From: a candidate division WWE3 bacterium CG_4_9_14_0_2_um_filter_35_11
GTDB lineage: Bacteria > Patescibacteriota > WWE3 > 2-01-FULL-39-13
DNA length: 57,609 nucleotides
Reading direction: 5' to 3'
Assembly: GCA_002789015.1 (NCBI GenBank)
Contig: PFSJ01000018.1
Location: forward strand, 1 to 57,609
Under the pieces are notes generated by a model, which was not told the DNA's origin, did not search any database, and worked only from the letters and a program-made list of their open reading frames with translations. The position numbers and the translations under genes were made by a program. Positions within the stretch are counted from its first letter, which is position 1. The number at the start of each line of letters is the position of its first letter. This document shows, one piece after another, positions 9,103 through 19,403 of the stretch.

Positions 9103-9804
9103 ATGATTGTAGGTCTGCTCCTTTCCGATAATAACACAATGTATAAAGGTCTGATAGAGATAAATCCAGGTCATGTTACTTGGTATAAACTGTCTTTATC
9201 CTCTACCTCGATAGAGATTCTAGATTCTAAAGAAATCAAAATTAACAAAATTCTAAACTTTTCATTTGATGACAGAAATCTATTTTTATTTGAGGATATT
9301 ATTGAACTTGCTAAGATAGATTTAGCAAAACTAAATTGTTTTGATGTTGAGGTAATTGCTGTTTCTGACTTTCCGCCGATGTTGATCGCAAGGTTACGAG
9401 AACGAAATGAGATAAATAAAATTAATAATGATAGGTGGCAGAGTATTGTGAGCCCTTTGATTACGTTAAATTCGATAAATCTTTGGTTTGAAAGAGATTA
9501 TGCGAAAATCGCTTGGATAAAACGCGGGACAGAACATGTTCAAAGAATTCCATATATAAAGCTTAGTTGTGATGATTCTAAAGTGGAGATAGTAAAAGAA
9601 ATTTCAAGAATATTTGCACTATATGATTTTCAAACAAACATTAAAAAAATAAATGTTGGAGGGCTTTTTGATTCTTTTTATGACGATTTTGTAAGTTGTG
9701 TAATTTTGGTTTTGAGTAAGATGTTTCCATACGCAGAAATATCATATGATTTGCCTGCTTTCATCGAGTTATACACAGGACTTAAGTTGAAAAGTTACTC
9801 TTGA
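9103..9804 (+). CDS. hypothetical protein
   Basis: 233-aa ORF with no motif I recognise, divergent from the XRE regulator. Confidence 0.4.
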   Translation: MIVGLLLSDNNTMYKGLIEINPGHVTWYKLSLSSTSIEILDSKEIKINKILNFSFDDRNLFLFEDIIELAKIDLAKLNCFDVEVIAVSDFPPMLIARLRERNEINKINNDRWQSIVSPLITLNSINLWFERDYAKIAWIKRGTEHVQRIPYIKLSCDDSKVEIVKEISRIFALYDFQTNIKKINVGGLFDSFYDDFVSCVILVLSKMFPYAEISYDLPAFIELYTGLKLKSYS

Positions 9805-9810
9805 TCCGAT

Positions 9811-9823
9811 GTCTAGTATAGAC
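9811..9823. promoter_or_regulatory. short inverted repeat upstream of the ArsR-like gene (possible operator)
   Basis: GTCTA-gta-TAGAC, 15 nt upstream of the ATG at 9838. Overlapping TAGT/ACTA and TATAG/CTATA symmetries. Short and AT-rich, so weak. Confidence 0.2.
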
Positions 9824-9837
9824 TATCATCTATACGT

Positions 9838-10104
9838 ATGAAAACAGCATGTACAAAATGTTTCAAAAACTTAGGTGTAAATTCTAGGTCAAAATTATTT
9901 TCTTACATTGAAGGTAAGGGTGAGTGTAGCGTTTCAGAATTGACGAAATTCTTAGGTTTAAGACAGCCAACTGTTAGTTATCATTTAAAAGAAATGTCAG
10001 ATTCTGGTTTGTTGAAAAAAAGAGCAAATGGAAAAAGTGTAATTTATTCATTGAATGTATCTTGTCCGCATGATGGTAAACCATGCGTAGTTTCAGGTAA
10101 ATGA
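9838..10104 (+). CDS. ArsR/SmtB-type winged-helix regulator with N- and C-terminal Cys pairs
   Basis: LRQPTVSYHLKEMSDSGLLKK recognition helix. Cys at CTKC and CPHDGKPC. It sits immediately upstream of sufC. Confidence 0.65.
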   Translation: MKTACTKCFKNLGVNSRSKLFSYIEGKGECSVSELTKFLGLRQPTVSYHLKEMSDSGLLKKRANGKSVIYSLNVSCPHDGKPCVVSGK

Positions 10105-10116
10105 AAGGATCAATCT

Positions 10117-10866
10117 ATGTTAGAAATCAAAGACCTAAAAGTAAAAAGAGACAATAAGGAAATATTAAAAGGAGTTGATCTTGTTATAAAACAAGGAGAA
10201 ATTCATGCGTTAATGGGGCCAAACGGAAGTGGAAAATCAACTTTGGCCGCAACCCTAATGGGTCATCCAGATATCGAAGTTTCCAAAGATAGCGAAATTT
10301 TAATCGATGGAAAAAACTTGTCCGAAATGACGCCGGACCAAAGAGCAATGGCTGGTTTATTTTTAGCTTTTCAGTATCCAATTGAAATTCCGGGCGTTCC
10401 TTTTTTAGAATTCTTAAGAGTTTCATATAACAGTATTATGAAAGATCGAATCGGTGAATCATTCAGGCCACTTTCTCCATATAAATTTAAACAATTGGCG
10501 AGTGAGAAGATGAAAATTCTGAAAATGGATGAATCATTTTTAGAAAGAAATTTGAATGAGGGTTTTAGCGGAGGAGAAAAAAAGAAAGCCGAAATTCTTC
10601 AAATGTCTATTTTAGAACCTAAATATGCAATTTTAGATGAAACTGATAGCGGTCTTGATGTTTCAGCTTTAAAAATTGTTGCAAAAGGCGCAAAAAAACT
10701 TTCGGAAGAATTCAATATCGGGATACTTGTAATTACACACTATAAAAGGATTTTGGAGTATTTAAAGCCTTCATACGTTCATTTGTTAATAAATGGCGTG
10801 ATTCAAAAAAGTGGTGGGTATGATTTAGCGGAAAGCTTAGATCAAGAAGGGTATGAAGATGCCTAA
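10117..10866 (+). CDS. sufC: Fe-S cluster assembly ATPase SufC
   Basis: [39 protein letters not shown]. 249 aa. Confidence 0.9.
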   Translation: MLEIKDLKVKRDNKEILKGVDLVIKQGEIHALMGPNGSGKSTLAATLMGHPDIEVSKDSEILIDGKNLSEMTPDQRAMAGLFLAFQYPIEIPGVPFLEFLRVSYNSIMKDRIGESFRPLSPYKFKQLASEKMKILKMDESFLERNLNEGFSGGEKKKAEILQMSILEPKYAILDETDSGLDVSALKIVAKGAKKLSEEFNIGILVITHYKRILEYLKPSYVHLLINGVIQKSGGYDLAESLDQEGYEDA

Positions 10867-12280
10867 GGAATTAAGCAATCAAGAAATTCAATTTAAAAAT
10901 TCAAATTCACAATATAAAGAAGGCTTTCACATGCCCGATTCGAGTACTAATAAATTTAAAATGGGCTTGAATGAAGATGTTGTAAGAAATATTTCAAAAT
11001 TAAAAAATGAACCAAAGTGGATGTTGGATTTTCGGTTGAAATCTTATGGCATTTTCATGTCCATGAAAATGCCAGATTGGGGTGCTGATCTTTCTGGAAT
11101 TGATTTTGGAAAAATTCATTATTATGTTAAGCCTTCTGATAAGCAAGAAGTTTCTTGGAATGATGTTCCCGATGACGTTAAAACCACATTTGATAGATTA
11201 GGAGTTCCACAAGCAGAGAGGGAATTTTTATCGGGTGTAAAAGCTCAATATGATTCAGAGGTTGTTTATGGATCGTTGATTAAGGAAATGTCAGAAAAGG
11301 GAGTTATTTTTTTGGGAACTGATGAGGCTTTAAAAAAATACCCAGAGTACTTTGAGGAATATTTTGGAAAAATTATAACTCCTGCTGATAATAAATTCGC
11401 CGCTTTAAATAGTGCTGTTTGGTCAGGCGGATCTTTTATTTATATCCCAAAAGGAGTTTCAATTACGAAGCCTCTTCAAGCATATTTTAGAATTAATGCC
11501 GCAAATATGGGCCAGTTTGAAAGGACTTTAATTATTGCAGATGAAGGTTCTTTTGGACATTATGTTGAAGGATGTTCGGCCCCAGTTTATACGTCAGCTT
11601 CATTGCATTCAGCAGTTGTTGAGATTGCTGTTAAAAAAGGTGCAAGATTTAGATATACGACAATCCAAAATTGGTATAGCAATGTTTATAATCTTGTTAC
11701 AAAAAGAGCGTATGCATATAAAGATGCAACTATGGAGTGGATTGATGGAAATATTGGGTCAAAGGTCACGATGAAGTATCCTTCTGTTTATTTGATGGAA
11801 GAGGGCGCAAGAGGTGAGGTTTTGTCATTAGCTTTTGCAGGTGAAGGACAGCATCAAGATACAGGAGCGAAGATGGTTCACCTTGCGCCGAATACTTCTT
11901 CTAATATTATTTCTAAGTCGATTTCGAAAAAGTCAGGGCGCGCAAGTTATCGAGGGCTCGTCAAGGTTTCCAAAAAAGCAACGAATGTTAAATCAAATAT
12001 TGTTTGTGACGCACTTTTGCTTGATCCAGAATCAAGAACAGATACTTATCCATTTATGAAGATTGATAATAAGCATGTGAAAATTGGTCACGAGGCAAGT
12101 GTTAGTAGATTGGGAGCAGAGCAGCTCTTTTATTTGATGAGTCGGGGCCTTTCTGAAGAAGTTGCGTCTGCTTTGATTGTGAATGGTTTTATTGAGCCGA
12201 TCATAAAAGAGCTGCCGATGGAATATGCTTTGGAATTAAATCGTCTTATTGAATTAGAAATGGAAGGATCTGTTGGATGA
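10853..12280 (+). CDS. sufB: Fe-S cluster assembly scaffold SufB
   Basis: 475 aa. [56 protein letters not shown]. Confidence 0.9.
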   Translation: MKMPKELSNQEIQFKNSNSQYKEGFHMPDSSTNKFKMGLNEDVVRNISKLKNEPKWMLDFRLKSYGIFMSMKMPDWGADLSGIDFGKIHYYVKPSDKQEVSWNDVPDDVKTTFDRLGVPQAEREFLSGVKAQYDSEVVYGSLIKEMSEKGVIFLGTDEALKKYPEYFEEYFGKIITPADNKFAALNSAVWSGGSFIYIPKGVSITKPLQAYFRINAANMGQFERTLIIADEGSFGHYVEGCSAPVYTSASLHSAVVEIAVKKGARFRYTTIQNWYSNVYNLVTKRAYAYKDATMEWIDGNIGSKVTMKYPSVYLMEEGARGEVLSLAFAGEGQHQDTGAKMVHLAPNTSSNIISKSISKKSGRASYRGLVKVSKKATNVKSNIVCDALLLDPESRTDTYPFMKIDNKHVKIGHEASVSRLGAEQLFYLMSRGLSEEVASALIVNGFIEPIIKELPMEYALELNRLIELEMEGSVG

Positions 12281-12810
12281 TCAAGCTCGAAATAGGAAAA
12301 GGCTATGAAAAAGAAAAAATAATTGTATCCAAAAACGAGGAAATTTATGTTGTTGGAAATTCCGGCGGAAGCTTGGATTTAGAGGTTATTTTAGAAAAAG
12401 AAGGTGCGTCAGCAAATATCTATGGAATCGTTATTGGACGGGGTAACGATTCCTACAAGATAAGAACTACAAGTTTTCATAATGCTCCAAATACAAATTC
12501 AAGAGTTCATTTAAAAGGTGTTTTTATGGATTCGTCTTCTATGGATTTTTTTGGAATGATAAATATTGATAAAGTTGCACAGCTTTCAGATGCTTATTTG
12601 AAAAATGATAATTTGATGATTGGCGAAGATTGCAGAGTTAATTCTTCTCCTCAACTTGAAATTAAAGCCGATGATGTGAAGGCTTCTCACGGTGTTACAA
12701 TTTCAACAATTGATGATGAGCATATGTATTACCTGATGTCTCGTGGGATTTCATTTTCAGATTCTAGGGATCTTCTTATCGAAGGTTTTATTAACGAGAT
12801 TAAATTATGA
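12277..12810 (+). CDS. sufD: short SufD-like protein (C-terminal beta-helix core only)
   Basis: [15 protein letters not shown]..., [34 protein letters not shown]. Only 177 aa. Confidence 0.75.
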   Translation: MIKLEIGKGYEKEKIIVSKNEEIYVVGNSGGSLDLEVILEKEGASANIYGIVIGRGNDSYKIRTTSFHNAPNTNSRVHLKGVFMDSSSMDFFGMINIDKVAQLSDAYLKNDNLMIGEDCRVNSSPQLEIKADDVKASHGVTISTIDDEHMYYLMSRGISFSDSRDLLIEGFINEIKL

Positions 12811-14036
12811 TTAAAGATTGTAGGTCTGATTTTCCAATTTTAAAAAGGTGCATTCATGGTAAAAGATTAGCGTATTTGGATAGTGCGGCAACTTCCCAAA
12901 TTTCAAAATATGTTTTAGATGCAATCTATGATTTTGAAGTAAACCATAGAGCTAATGTCCACCGTGGTGTTCATACTTTGAGCGAGGAAGCATCGCAGAT
13001 GTTTGAGGACGCAAGATTAAAGGTTTCAAAATTCATTGGAGCAGTTGTCCCACGCGAGGTTGTTTTTACAAGTGGTTGCACGGATTCAATAAATTTAGTC
13101 GCATATTCGTGGGGTCTTTCAAATTTAAAAAGGGGTGATGTAGTTTTGGTTTCAGAAGTTGAACACCATTCAAATTTTGTTCCATGGCAGGAAGTTTGCA
13201 AGATGACTGGCGCTGAAATTAAATATATTTCAGTTGATTCAAATGGCGATTTGGATATTAAAAATACAAATGTAGATTGGGAAAAAGTGAAACTAGTTGC
13301 TTTCACTCAAGTTTCGAATGTTCTTGGAAGAATCATTGATGTTAAAAATGTGGTGAAGATCATTAAAAAGGGCTACCCTTCTAAAATAAGGGCTACCCTT
13401 ATGCCAAAAATTCTCGTCGACGGTTCTCAAGCGATTGCGCATCTTCCAGTTAATGTTCAAAGTTTTGGAATTGATTTTTATGCATTTAGTGGACATAAAA
13501 TGTATGGCCCGATGGGTATAGGTGTTTTGTGGGTTAATAAAGAAATTTTTGATGAGCTAAAGCCATTCAAATTCGGTGGCGGAATGATTAATGAAGTTAC
13601 TTATGAGAATTCAAATTTTGCAGATATGCCAGAGCGCTTAGAAGCTGGAACGCCAAATGTGTCCGGGGCAATCGGAATTGGTGCAGCTTGTGATTACATA
13701 TCTAATATTGAAATTAAGAATATCGTGGATCACGATAAAAGCTTGATGGATTATGTTGTTTCGAAACTCCGTGAAGATAAAGACGTTATTATTTATGGAT
13801 CTCCTAATTCAAGTTTAATTTCATTCAATGTTAAGAATATCCCATCGCATGATTTAGCCTCTGTTTTAGATACTTGTGGTGTCGCGGTTAGGTCCGGACA
13901 TCATTGTGTTATGCCTTGGCACAAAAAGCAAAATGTTACTACAACGGTTCGAGTCAGCTTTGGCATATATTCTGGCTTTGATGATATTGATCAACTTATG
14001 GAAGGTATTAAAAAAGCGAAAGGGATGTTTTTATGA
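12807..14036 (+). CDS. sufS: cysteine desulfurase SufS (class V aminotransferase)
   Basis: YLDSAATSQ, EHHSNFVPW, FSGHKMYGPMGIGVL (PLP Lys), RSGHHCVMP (catalytic Cys loop). Confidence 0.9.
   Translation: MIKDCRSDFPILKRCIHGKRLAYLDSAATSQISKYVLDAIYDFEVNHRANVHRGVHTLSEEASQMFEDARLKVSKFIGAVVPREVVFTSGCTDSINLVAYSWGLSNLKRGDVVLVSEVEHHSNFVPWQEVCKMTGAEIKYISVDSNGDLDIKNTNVDWEKVKLVAFTQVSNVLGRIIDVKNVVKIIKKGYPSKIRATLMPKILVDGSQAIAHLPVNVQSFGIDFYAFSGHKMYGPMGIGVLWVNKEIFDELKPFKFGGGMINEVTYENSNFADMPERLEAGTPNVSGAIGIGAACDYISNIEIKNIVDHDKSLMDYVVSKLREDKDVIIYGSPNSSLISFNVKNIPSHDLASVLDTCGVAVRSGHHCVMPWHKKQNVTTTVRVSFGIYSGFDDIDQLMEGIKKAKGMFL
13368..13400. repeat. two tandem AAGGGCTACCCTT mini-hairpins (20-nt period) inside sufS
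   Basis: Copies at 13368-13380 and 13388-13400. They encode GYPSKIRATL between the conserved VSNVLG... and ...ILVDGSQA segments. Confidence 0.85.
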
Positions 14037-14410
14037 CAGATCAATTATATAAGGAGGAATTTTTATTCCATTTTAAAAATCAAAATCATAATAGACTGCT
14101 TAAAAGTAAGTCACATTTTGGAAGGGATGTTAATACTTCTTGTGGTGACGAAGTTTTGATTGAGCTTAGTGTAGAAAATGAAATTATTAAAGATGTTGGT
14201 TATGTTTCCGGGGGTTGTATTATTTCAACAGGCGCAATTTCAATATTATCTGATTTTATAATTGGCAAAACGATTGAGTATGCGAAGGCTCTAACCGAAG
14301 ATGAATATATAAATCTTTTGGGAATTGATTTAACATTTGCAAGAAAAAAGTGTGCATTAGTTGGCTTTAATGCTTTAAAAAAAGCAATAGGAAACAATGA
14401 AAAAGGATAA
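14033..14410 (+). CDS. sufU: SufU/IscU-family Fe-S scaffold (NifU N-terminal domain)
   Basis: CGDEV, GGCIIS and KCALVG Cys motifs. 125 aa. Confidence 0.8.
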   Translation: MTDQLYKEEFLFHFKNQNHNRLLKSKSHFGRDVNTSCGDEVLIELSVENEIIKDVGYVSGGCIISTGAISILSDFIIGKTIEYAKALTEDEYINLLGIDLTFARKKCALVGFNALKKAIGNNEKG

Positions 14411-14636
14411 AATAACGATTACTAAAGATACAAATATTGCGGAGCTTGTTAATTTGTATCCGAAAGCAATCGAGGTTTTTACTGCTTTTGGTCTTCATTG
14501 CGTTGGGTGTTTCGCTAGTGCATTTGATACTATTGGTGAAGGTGCACAAATACATGGGATGATAGATGAGGAAATTAAAGAAATGTTAGAAGAAGTAAAT
14601 GTTGTTTTAAATAACGAGAAATCACAAGATGATTAA
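14397..14636 (+). CDS. DUF1858 (hybrid-cluster-protein-associated redox disulfide) domain protein
   Basis: ITKDTNIAELVNLYPKAIEVFTAFGLHCVGCFASAFDTIGEGAQIHG. 79 aa. Confidence 0.7.
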   Translation: MKKDKITITKDTNIAELVNLYPKAIEVFTAFGLHCVGCFASAFDTIGEGAQIHGMIDEEIKEMLEEVNVVLNNEKSQDD

Positions 14637-15333
14637 AGCTAGTGCAAAACTAAAATTAAAAAGACAACTCGCAAATTTTGTGTGGGAATTTACGTTTGAG
14701 ATGAATGAATCTTGCAAATTATGTTTCGAAGCAGGGCAGTATATTGCAATTATTGTTGACCCAAAAACAAGAAGACAGTATTCGATTGTCTCATCACCTT
14801 TAACAAGTGAGGGCGAATTTATCTTGACGATTGATGTAAAACCTAATGGAGTTAGCACTAACCTTCTTATGACGTTAAATATTGGGGACGAAATTTCCTT
14901 TATAGGTCCAATTGGAAATTTCGTCTTGCCTAAAACGCTTTCGACTAATTTATTTTTTGTTGCAACGGGAACTGGCATTGCCCCACTTCGGTCTATGATT
15001 GAAACACTCATTTTTAATAAATCGAATTTAAAGCATAATATTCATTTGCATTTTGGTACAAGAAATATTAATGATTTGTTTTATACGGATTTATTTGATG
15101 GATATTTTAAGGACGGATCAATAAAGGAATATGTTAAATATTTATCACGAGAGTCTTCACCGGAAACTAAGGATGGCTATGTGACACAATTTATTCCAGG
15201 ACTTTCTGGTGAGATAATTTCTGATTCGCAGTTTTTCGTTTGTGGTGGTACTGAGATGGTAAAATCGACTGAAGATATGCTTTTGGAAAAAGGAGTTTTA
15301 GTTTCAAATATTTTCCACGAGAAATTTTATTAA
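14629..15333 (+). CDS. ferredoxin-NADP reductase-like FAD/NAD(P)-binding oxidoreductase
   Basis: RQYSIVS (RxYS FAD motif), GPIGNF, ATGTGIAPLRSM (NAD(P) motif). 234 aa. Confidence 0.7.
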   Translation: MIKASAKLKLKRQLANFVWEFTFEMNESCKLCFEAGQYIAIIVDPKTRRQYSIVSSPLTSEGEFILTIDVKPNGVSTNLLMTLNIGDEISFIGPIGNFVLPKTLSTNLFFVATGTGIAPLRSMIETLIFNKSNLKHNIHLHFGTRNINDLFYTDLFDGYFKDGSIKEYVKYLSRESSPETKDGYVTQFIPGLSGEIISDSQFFVCGGTEMVKSTEDMLLEKGVLVSNIFHEKFY

Positions 15334-15338
15334 TAATT

Positions 15339-16415
15339 ATGACTGGTTTTAAAGATCAATTTTTAAAAAAACTTAATAGCCTTAGTAAAGTCGACAAGAA
15401 ATTGTTCGATCAGATTTATTCATTTTGGGAAACAAAGGGTGAGCTTGCCCTTCCGACTGAAATGGATTCGTGGGTACAAACGAATTTTGGATCTATCGCT
15501 GATGTAAAAAAACAAGATTTTATTCGAATTACAAATACTGTCACCTATGAAGGTGCAATTTTCAATGAACTTAGAACTATGCGTCCTTTGGTTGAAAGTG
15601 GTTATAACTTTAATGACGTTATGGATCAGATTAAAGCAACGGAAGGAGATCCTTTTTTGCATCCTGAAACAGGAACTCCTGCTGATGTCTTTGGCCGAGT
15701 AAAAGGTGATTATTGTATAACAGCTTCAAATGTGGCTAAGTACGACGGCTTTCATGGTCTTATCATTTTCGATGATCATAATCCATTATTATTTTCCAGA
15801 AAAAGAGTAAGAGATTATTTTGATGTGGCTTATAAGTGGTTTGAAAAAGCGAATAAATATAATCCGTTAGCTATATATCCACTTTTTACGTGGAATTGTC
15901 TATGGAGAGCTGGAGCTTCCGTAATTCATGGTCACGCACAAGTTGTTTTAACCGAATCTCAAGCCTATGCAAAAGTTGAAGATTTAAGAATTTCTTCACA
16001 CAACTATCAAGAAAGGAATCGAAGTAACTATTTTGATGATGTTTACGAAATTCATAAAAAGTTTGGTCTTGCATATAAAGTTGGTGATGTTCGAGTTTTG
16101 GTCAATATTACTCCAATTAAAGAAAAGGAGATTATGATTTTTGGTATGGGCTTAAATAAGGAATTAGCAGATGTTGTAAGTGATACGTTAAATACAATGA
16201 AAGAAAGGCTTGGGGTTTCTAGTTTTAATTTATCTATAATTTTGCCACCTTTGTCAAAAACCGCAGAAGTTTGGGAGCATATGCCAATTATTGTTCGAAT
16301 TGTTGATCGTGGATCTTTATCAGCAAAGACTTCAGATATTGGTTCGATGGAGCTTTATGCTCAAAGTGTCATCGGCAGCAACCCCTATCTTGTCTTTGAC
16401 GCCATCAAAAGATGA
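15339..16415 (+). CDS. GalT-branch HIT-superfamily nucleotidyltransferase/phosphorylase-like protein
   Basis: NELRTMRP ... [18 protein letters not shown] resembles the GalT-family HxHxQ nucleotidyl-histidine motif. Two-lobed size of 358 aa. Confidence 0.5.
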   Translation: MTGFKDQFLKKLNSLSKVDKKLFDQIYSFWETKGELALPTEMDSWVQTNFGSIADVKKQDFIRITNTVTYEGAIFNELRTMRPLVESGYNFNDVMDQIKATEGDPFLHPETGTPADVFGRVKGDYCITASNVAKYDGFHGLIIFDDHNPLLFSRKRVRDYFDVAYKWFEKANKYNPLAIYPLFTWNCLWRAGASVIHGHAQVVLTESQAYAKVEDLRISSHNYQERNRSNYFDDVYEIHKKFGLAYKVGDVRVLVNITPIKEKEIMIFGMGLNKELADVVSDTLNTMKERLGVSSFNLSIILPPLSKTAEVWEHMPIIVRIVDRGSLSAKTSDIGSMELYAQSVIGSNPYLVFDAIKR

Positions 16416-17419
16416 CTATTATAGAGCGTGCCACGAAAATTAAAGAGAATTTAGATAAAGGTTCTTTGCAAAAAAGAGCAAAAGAGATAGAAGGTTTGAT
16501 GAGTGGTTCCTCTTTTTGGAATGACCGTGAAAATGCAGCATCCGTTTCCCAAGAATTATCTGAAATAAAAAAAACTATTGATGAAATTGATCTTTTGGAT
16601 TTATTACTTTTAGACGAAGACGAAAAAGAGTTGGAACAATTAGTTAAGGATTTGGAAATTTTGCTATATCTTTCTGGCAAATATGATAAAGGTGGTGCTT
16701 TTTTTACATTGCATTCGGGAGCTGGCGGAACTGAAGCCATGGATTGGACTTGGATTTTAGAAAGGATGTATACGAGATATTTCGAGCGCAAGAAATGGAA
16801 CTTTTCGATGATTTACAAAGTAGACGGGGAAGAGGCTGGAGTAAAGACAGTCACATATAAAGTTGAAGGACTTTATGTTTATGGTTTTTTAAAACAGGAA
16901 ATTGGAATTCATAGACTTGTTAGACTTTCACCTTTTAATGCGCAGAATTTAAGACAAACTTCTTTTGCAAAAGTTGAAGTTCTTCCAATCATTGAAAAAA
17001 GTGCGGAGATTGAAATCAAAGATGAGGATATTGAAATGACAATGATGCGCTCAAGTGGTGCTGGCGGGCAAAATGTAAATAAAGTGGAAACTGCAGTAAG
17101 ACTTAAGCATATTCCAACTGGCATTGTTGTTGCTTCTCAACAGGAAAGATCTCAAATTAAAAATAGGGAAATTGCTATGCACATGCTTATGTCAAAACTT
17201 GTTCAAATTGAGGAAGAAAGAAGACGCAAAGAAGAATCCGATTTTAGAGGCGAATATAAGGAAGCCGGCTGGGGAAATCAAATTAGATCATATGTATTAC
17301 AACCTTATAAATTAATTAAGGATCACCGAACTGATTATGAATCGACTAATCCTGATGCCGTTTTAAGTGGTGATTTAGATGGGTTTATCAATGCATCGCT
17401 TTTAGCTTCTGATGTTTGA
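16412..17419 (+). CDS. prfB: peptide chain release factor 2
   Basis: SPF tripeptide ([16 protein letters not shown]), GGQ loop ([17 protein letters not shown]), [15 protein letters not shown] single uninterrupted ORF whose ATGA overlaps the upstream stop. Confidence 0.92.
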   Translation: MTIIERATKIKENLDKGSLQKRAKEIEGLMSGSSFWNDRENAASVSQELSEIKKTIDEIDLLDLLLLDEDEKELEQLVKDLEILLYLSGKYDKGGAFFTLHSGAGGTEAMDWTWILERMYTRYFERKKWNFSMIYKVDGEEAGVKTVTYKVEGLYVYGFLKQEIGIHRLVRLSPFNAQNLRQTSFAKVEVLPIIEKSAEIEIKDEDIEMTMMRSSGAGGQNVNKVETAVRLKHIPTGIVVASQQERSQIKNREIAMHMLMSKLVQIEEERRRKEESDFRGEYKEAGWGNQIRSYVLQPYKLIKDHRTDYESTNPDAVLSGDLDGFINASLLASDV

Positions 17420-17828
17420 TATACTCGAATTAATGCCAGAAGAAAAATATAATTCTTATAGAAATCTTGCGTATCTTGTTATAGCTACGTTATTAGTAGT
17501 CGGTGTATATGAGGTTTTCAATGGTTTTGATTCTAATAAAACAGTCAACAAATCTGAAGAAAGTCCAAACGCATATTTCCAGCCAGATTTACTTAAAGAT
17601 CAAAATAAATCGGTTTCCGGAGTTATTAGAATAGTGCCTCAAATGGATAATGTCCGTTATGAATATGGCTTATACGATGAAGGTGGTAAATTAATTTCAT
17701 ATTTAACTTCTTCTAAAATCGACTTTAGCCTTTCAGATGGCCTAAATGTCGAAGTTCAGGGAACTTCCACAGTAAATGGTTCTGATGGATATGCAATAAT
17801 GGAAGTGACTAGTGTTAAACTAAAATAG
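17412..17828 (+). CDS. hypothetical membrane-anchored protein
   Basis: One N-terminal TM ([15 protein letters not shown]) followed by a small beta-rich domain. 138 aa. Confidence 0.4.
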   Translation: MFDILELMPEEKYNSYRNLAYLVIATLLVVGVYEVFNGFDSNKTVNKSEESPNAYFQPDLLKDQNKSVSGVIRIVPQMDNVRYEYGLYDEGGKLISYLTSSKIDFSLSDGLNVEVQGTSTVNGSDGYAIMEVTSVKLK

Positions 17829-17830
17829 AT

Positions 17831-18526
17831 ATGCCTGCTAAAAAAAATATTATTGAATTTAAGAATGTTTCCAAGAAGTTTCGAGATGGAACGTCGGCTT
17901 TAGATGGAATTAATTTTTCAATAGAACCTGGAGAATTTGTATTTTTAATCGGATCTTCTGGTGCTGGAAAAACTACGATAATGAATCACATTGTCAAAGA
18001 AGAAGACCCAACAGAGGGTGATGTGATTGTTGATGATATAAATCTTTCCGGCATGAAAAAGAAAGATTTCCCATCTTTAAGGCGAAAAGTTGGTTATATA
18101 TATCAAGATTTTAAATTGCTTGATTCCAGCAATGCGTTTGAAAATGTTGCACTATCTTTATATGTTGTCGGAAAGCCTTCTTCAGAAATAGAACAAATCG
18201 TACCTAATTTGTTGAATTTAGTGGGACTTGGTGACAAGGCCTTAAGATTCCCAAAAAATTTATCTGGTGGAGAGAAGCAAAGGTTAGCAATTGCAAGAGC
18301 TTTAGCACACGAACCGAAAATATTGCTTGCAGATGAACCAACTGGAAATCTTGATAGTACAGCTTCTTGGGTTGTAGTTGACCTAATTAAAAAAATAAAT
18401 AAATGGGGAACGACGATTATTTTTGGAACTCATGATGAAGATATTGTAAATTCCTTGAAAAAAAGAGTAATTCATATCGAAAGGGGCAAGGTTGTAAATG
18501 ATAAAAAGGAAGGGAAATATGAATAA
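17831..18526 (+). CDS. ftsE: cell-division ABC ATPase FtsE
   Basis: GSSGAGKTT, LSGGEKQRLAIARAL, LLADEPTGNLD. It is followed by ftsX. Confidence 0.9.
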   Translation: MPAKKNIIEFKNVSKKFRDGTSALDGINFSIEPGEFVFLIGSSGAGKTTIMNHIVKEEDPTEGDVIVDDINLSGMKKKDFPSLRRKVGYIYQDFKLLDSSNAFENVALSLYVVGKPSSEIEQIVPNLLNLVGLGDKALRFPKNLSGGEKQRLAIARALAHEPKILLADEPTGNLDSTASWVVVDLIKKINKWGTTIIFGTHDEDIVNSLKKRVIHIERGKVVNDKKEGKYE

Positions 18527-19397
18527 TTCTATTTTCGCAAGAACAGCATTAAGCATAAAAAGAAGCGGCTGGAGAGCTTATGCTGTCATTTTCATGATGT
18601 CGACGACATTTGTAATACTTGGAGTTTTATTGACGTTAATTTATACATCAAATTCGATATCAGTTTATTTTACACAAAAGCCAGAAGTTATTGGGTTTTT
18701 TAAAGATGATGTTTCCGAGGAACAGGTTTTGGAAGTAAAGAAATCCTTGGAGTCTATGGATTTTGTTGCGGAAGTAAAATATGTCTCTAAAGAAGAGGCT
18801 ATGCAATCTTTTATCGAAGATGCAAAAGATAATCAAGATATTATTGAAGGTGTTACATCAAATGTTTTCCCGTCACATCTAAATGTGAAATCGACTTCGC
18901 TAGATAAAATATCTGCGGTTGGTGATTATTTCAAATCAAATGATCTAATAAGTGATGTTTTGGCTTCGGAAAATGTGGTTTCTACTTTGGCAAAAATTGT
19001 GTTTGGAATACAGCTATTTGGTGGAACGCTCCTTTTGGTTTTTACGATTTCAACGATTTTAATAATTTTCCTAACGATCGGTATAACAATATATTCACAA
19101 AAGAGCGAAATTATAATTATGAAGTTAGTTGGTGCAACAGATTGGTATGTTAGAGCGCCTTTTATTTATCAAGGAATATTCTCTACTGTTGTTTCGATTT
19201 TAATTGCATCTTCTATAATTGTTCCGATTTTATTGACTCAATATCAAAATGTTATGTCGCTTGTGCTTGGCGACTTACAAGTTTCAAGTATTGATTTTTC
19301 TGTGATAGCAATTGGCTTATCGGTTGAGCTTGCTTTTGGAATATTGCTTTCAACCATAAGTGGATATTTTGCAACCCGCAGATATATTAATTATTAG
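18498..19397 (+). CDS. ftsX: cell-division permease-like protein FtsX
   Basis: TM1, a periplasmic-type domain (KPEVIGFFKDDVSEEQV...VKYVSKEEA), then 3 TMs with MKLVGATDWYVRAPF. The real start may be the ATG at 18519. Confidence 0.8.
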   Translation: MIKRKGNMNNSIFARTALSIKRSGWRAYAVIFMMSTTFVILGVLLTLIYTSNSISVYFTQKPEVIGFFKDDVSEEQVLEVKKSLESMDFVAEVKYVSKEEAMQSFIEDAKDNQDIIEGVTSNVFPSHLNVKSTSLDKISAVGDYFKSNDLISDVLASENVVSTLAKIVFGIQLFGGTLLLVFTISTILIIFLTIGITIYSQKSEIIIMKLVGATDWYVRAPFIYQGIFSTVVSILIASSIIVPILLTQYQNVMSLVLGDLQVSSIDFSVIAIGLSVELAFGILLSTISGYFATRRYINY

Positions 19398-19403
19398 CCT
19401 CAA

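Noticed and set aside
16394-16400. CTTTGAC heptamer, the canonical prfB +1 frameshift site, 12 nt upstream of the prfB ATG.
   Set aside because: CTT-TGA lies in the prfB frame, but a +1 shift there leads into the last five codons and stop of the upstream gene, not into RF2. The RF2 ORF from 16412 is uninterrupted and already covers the region homologous to the frameshift site in other RF2 proteins. This looks like coincidence, and the prfB gene is unshifted.
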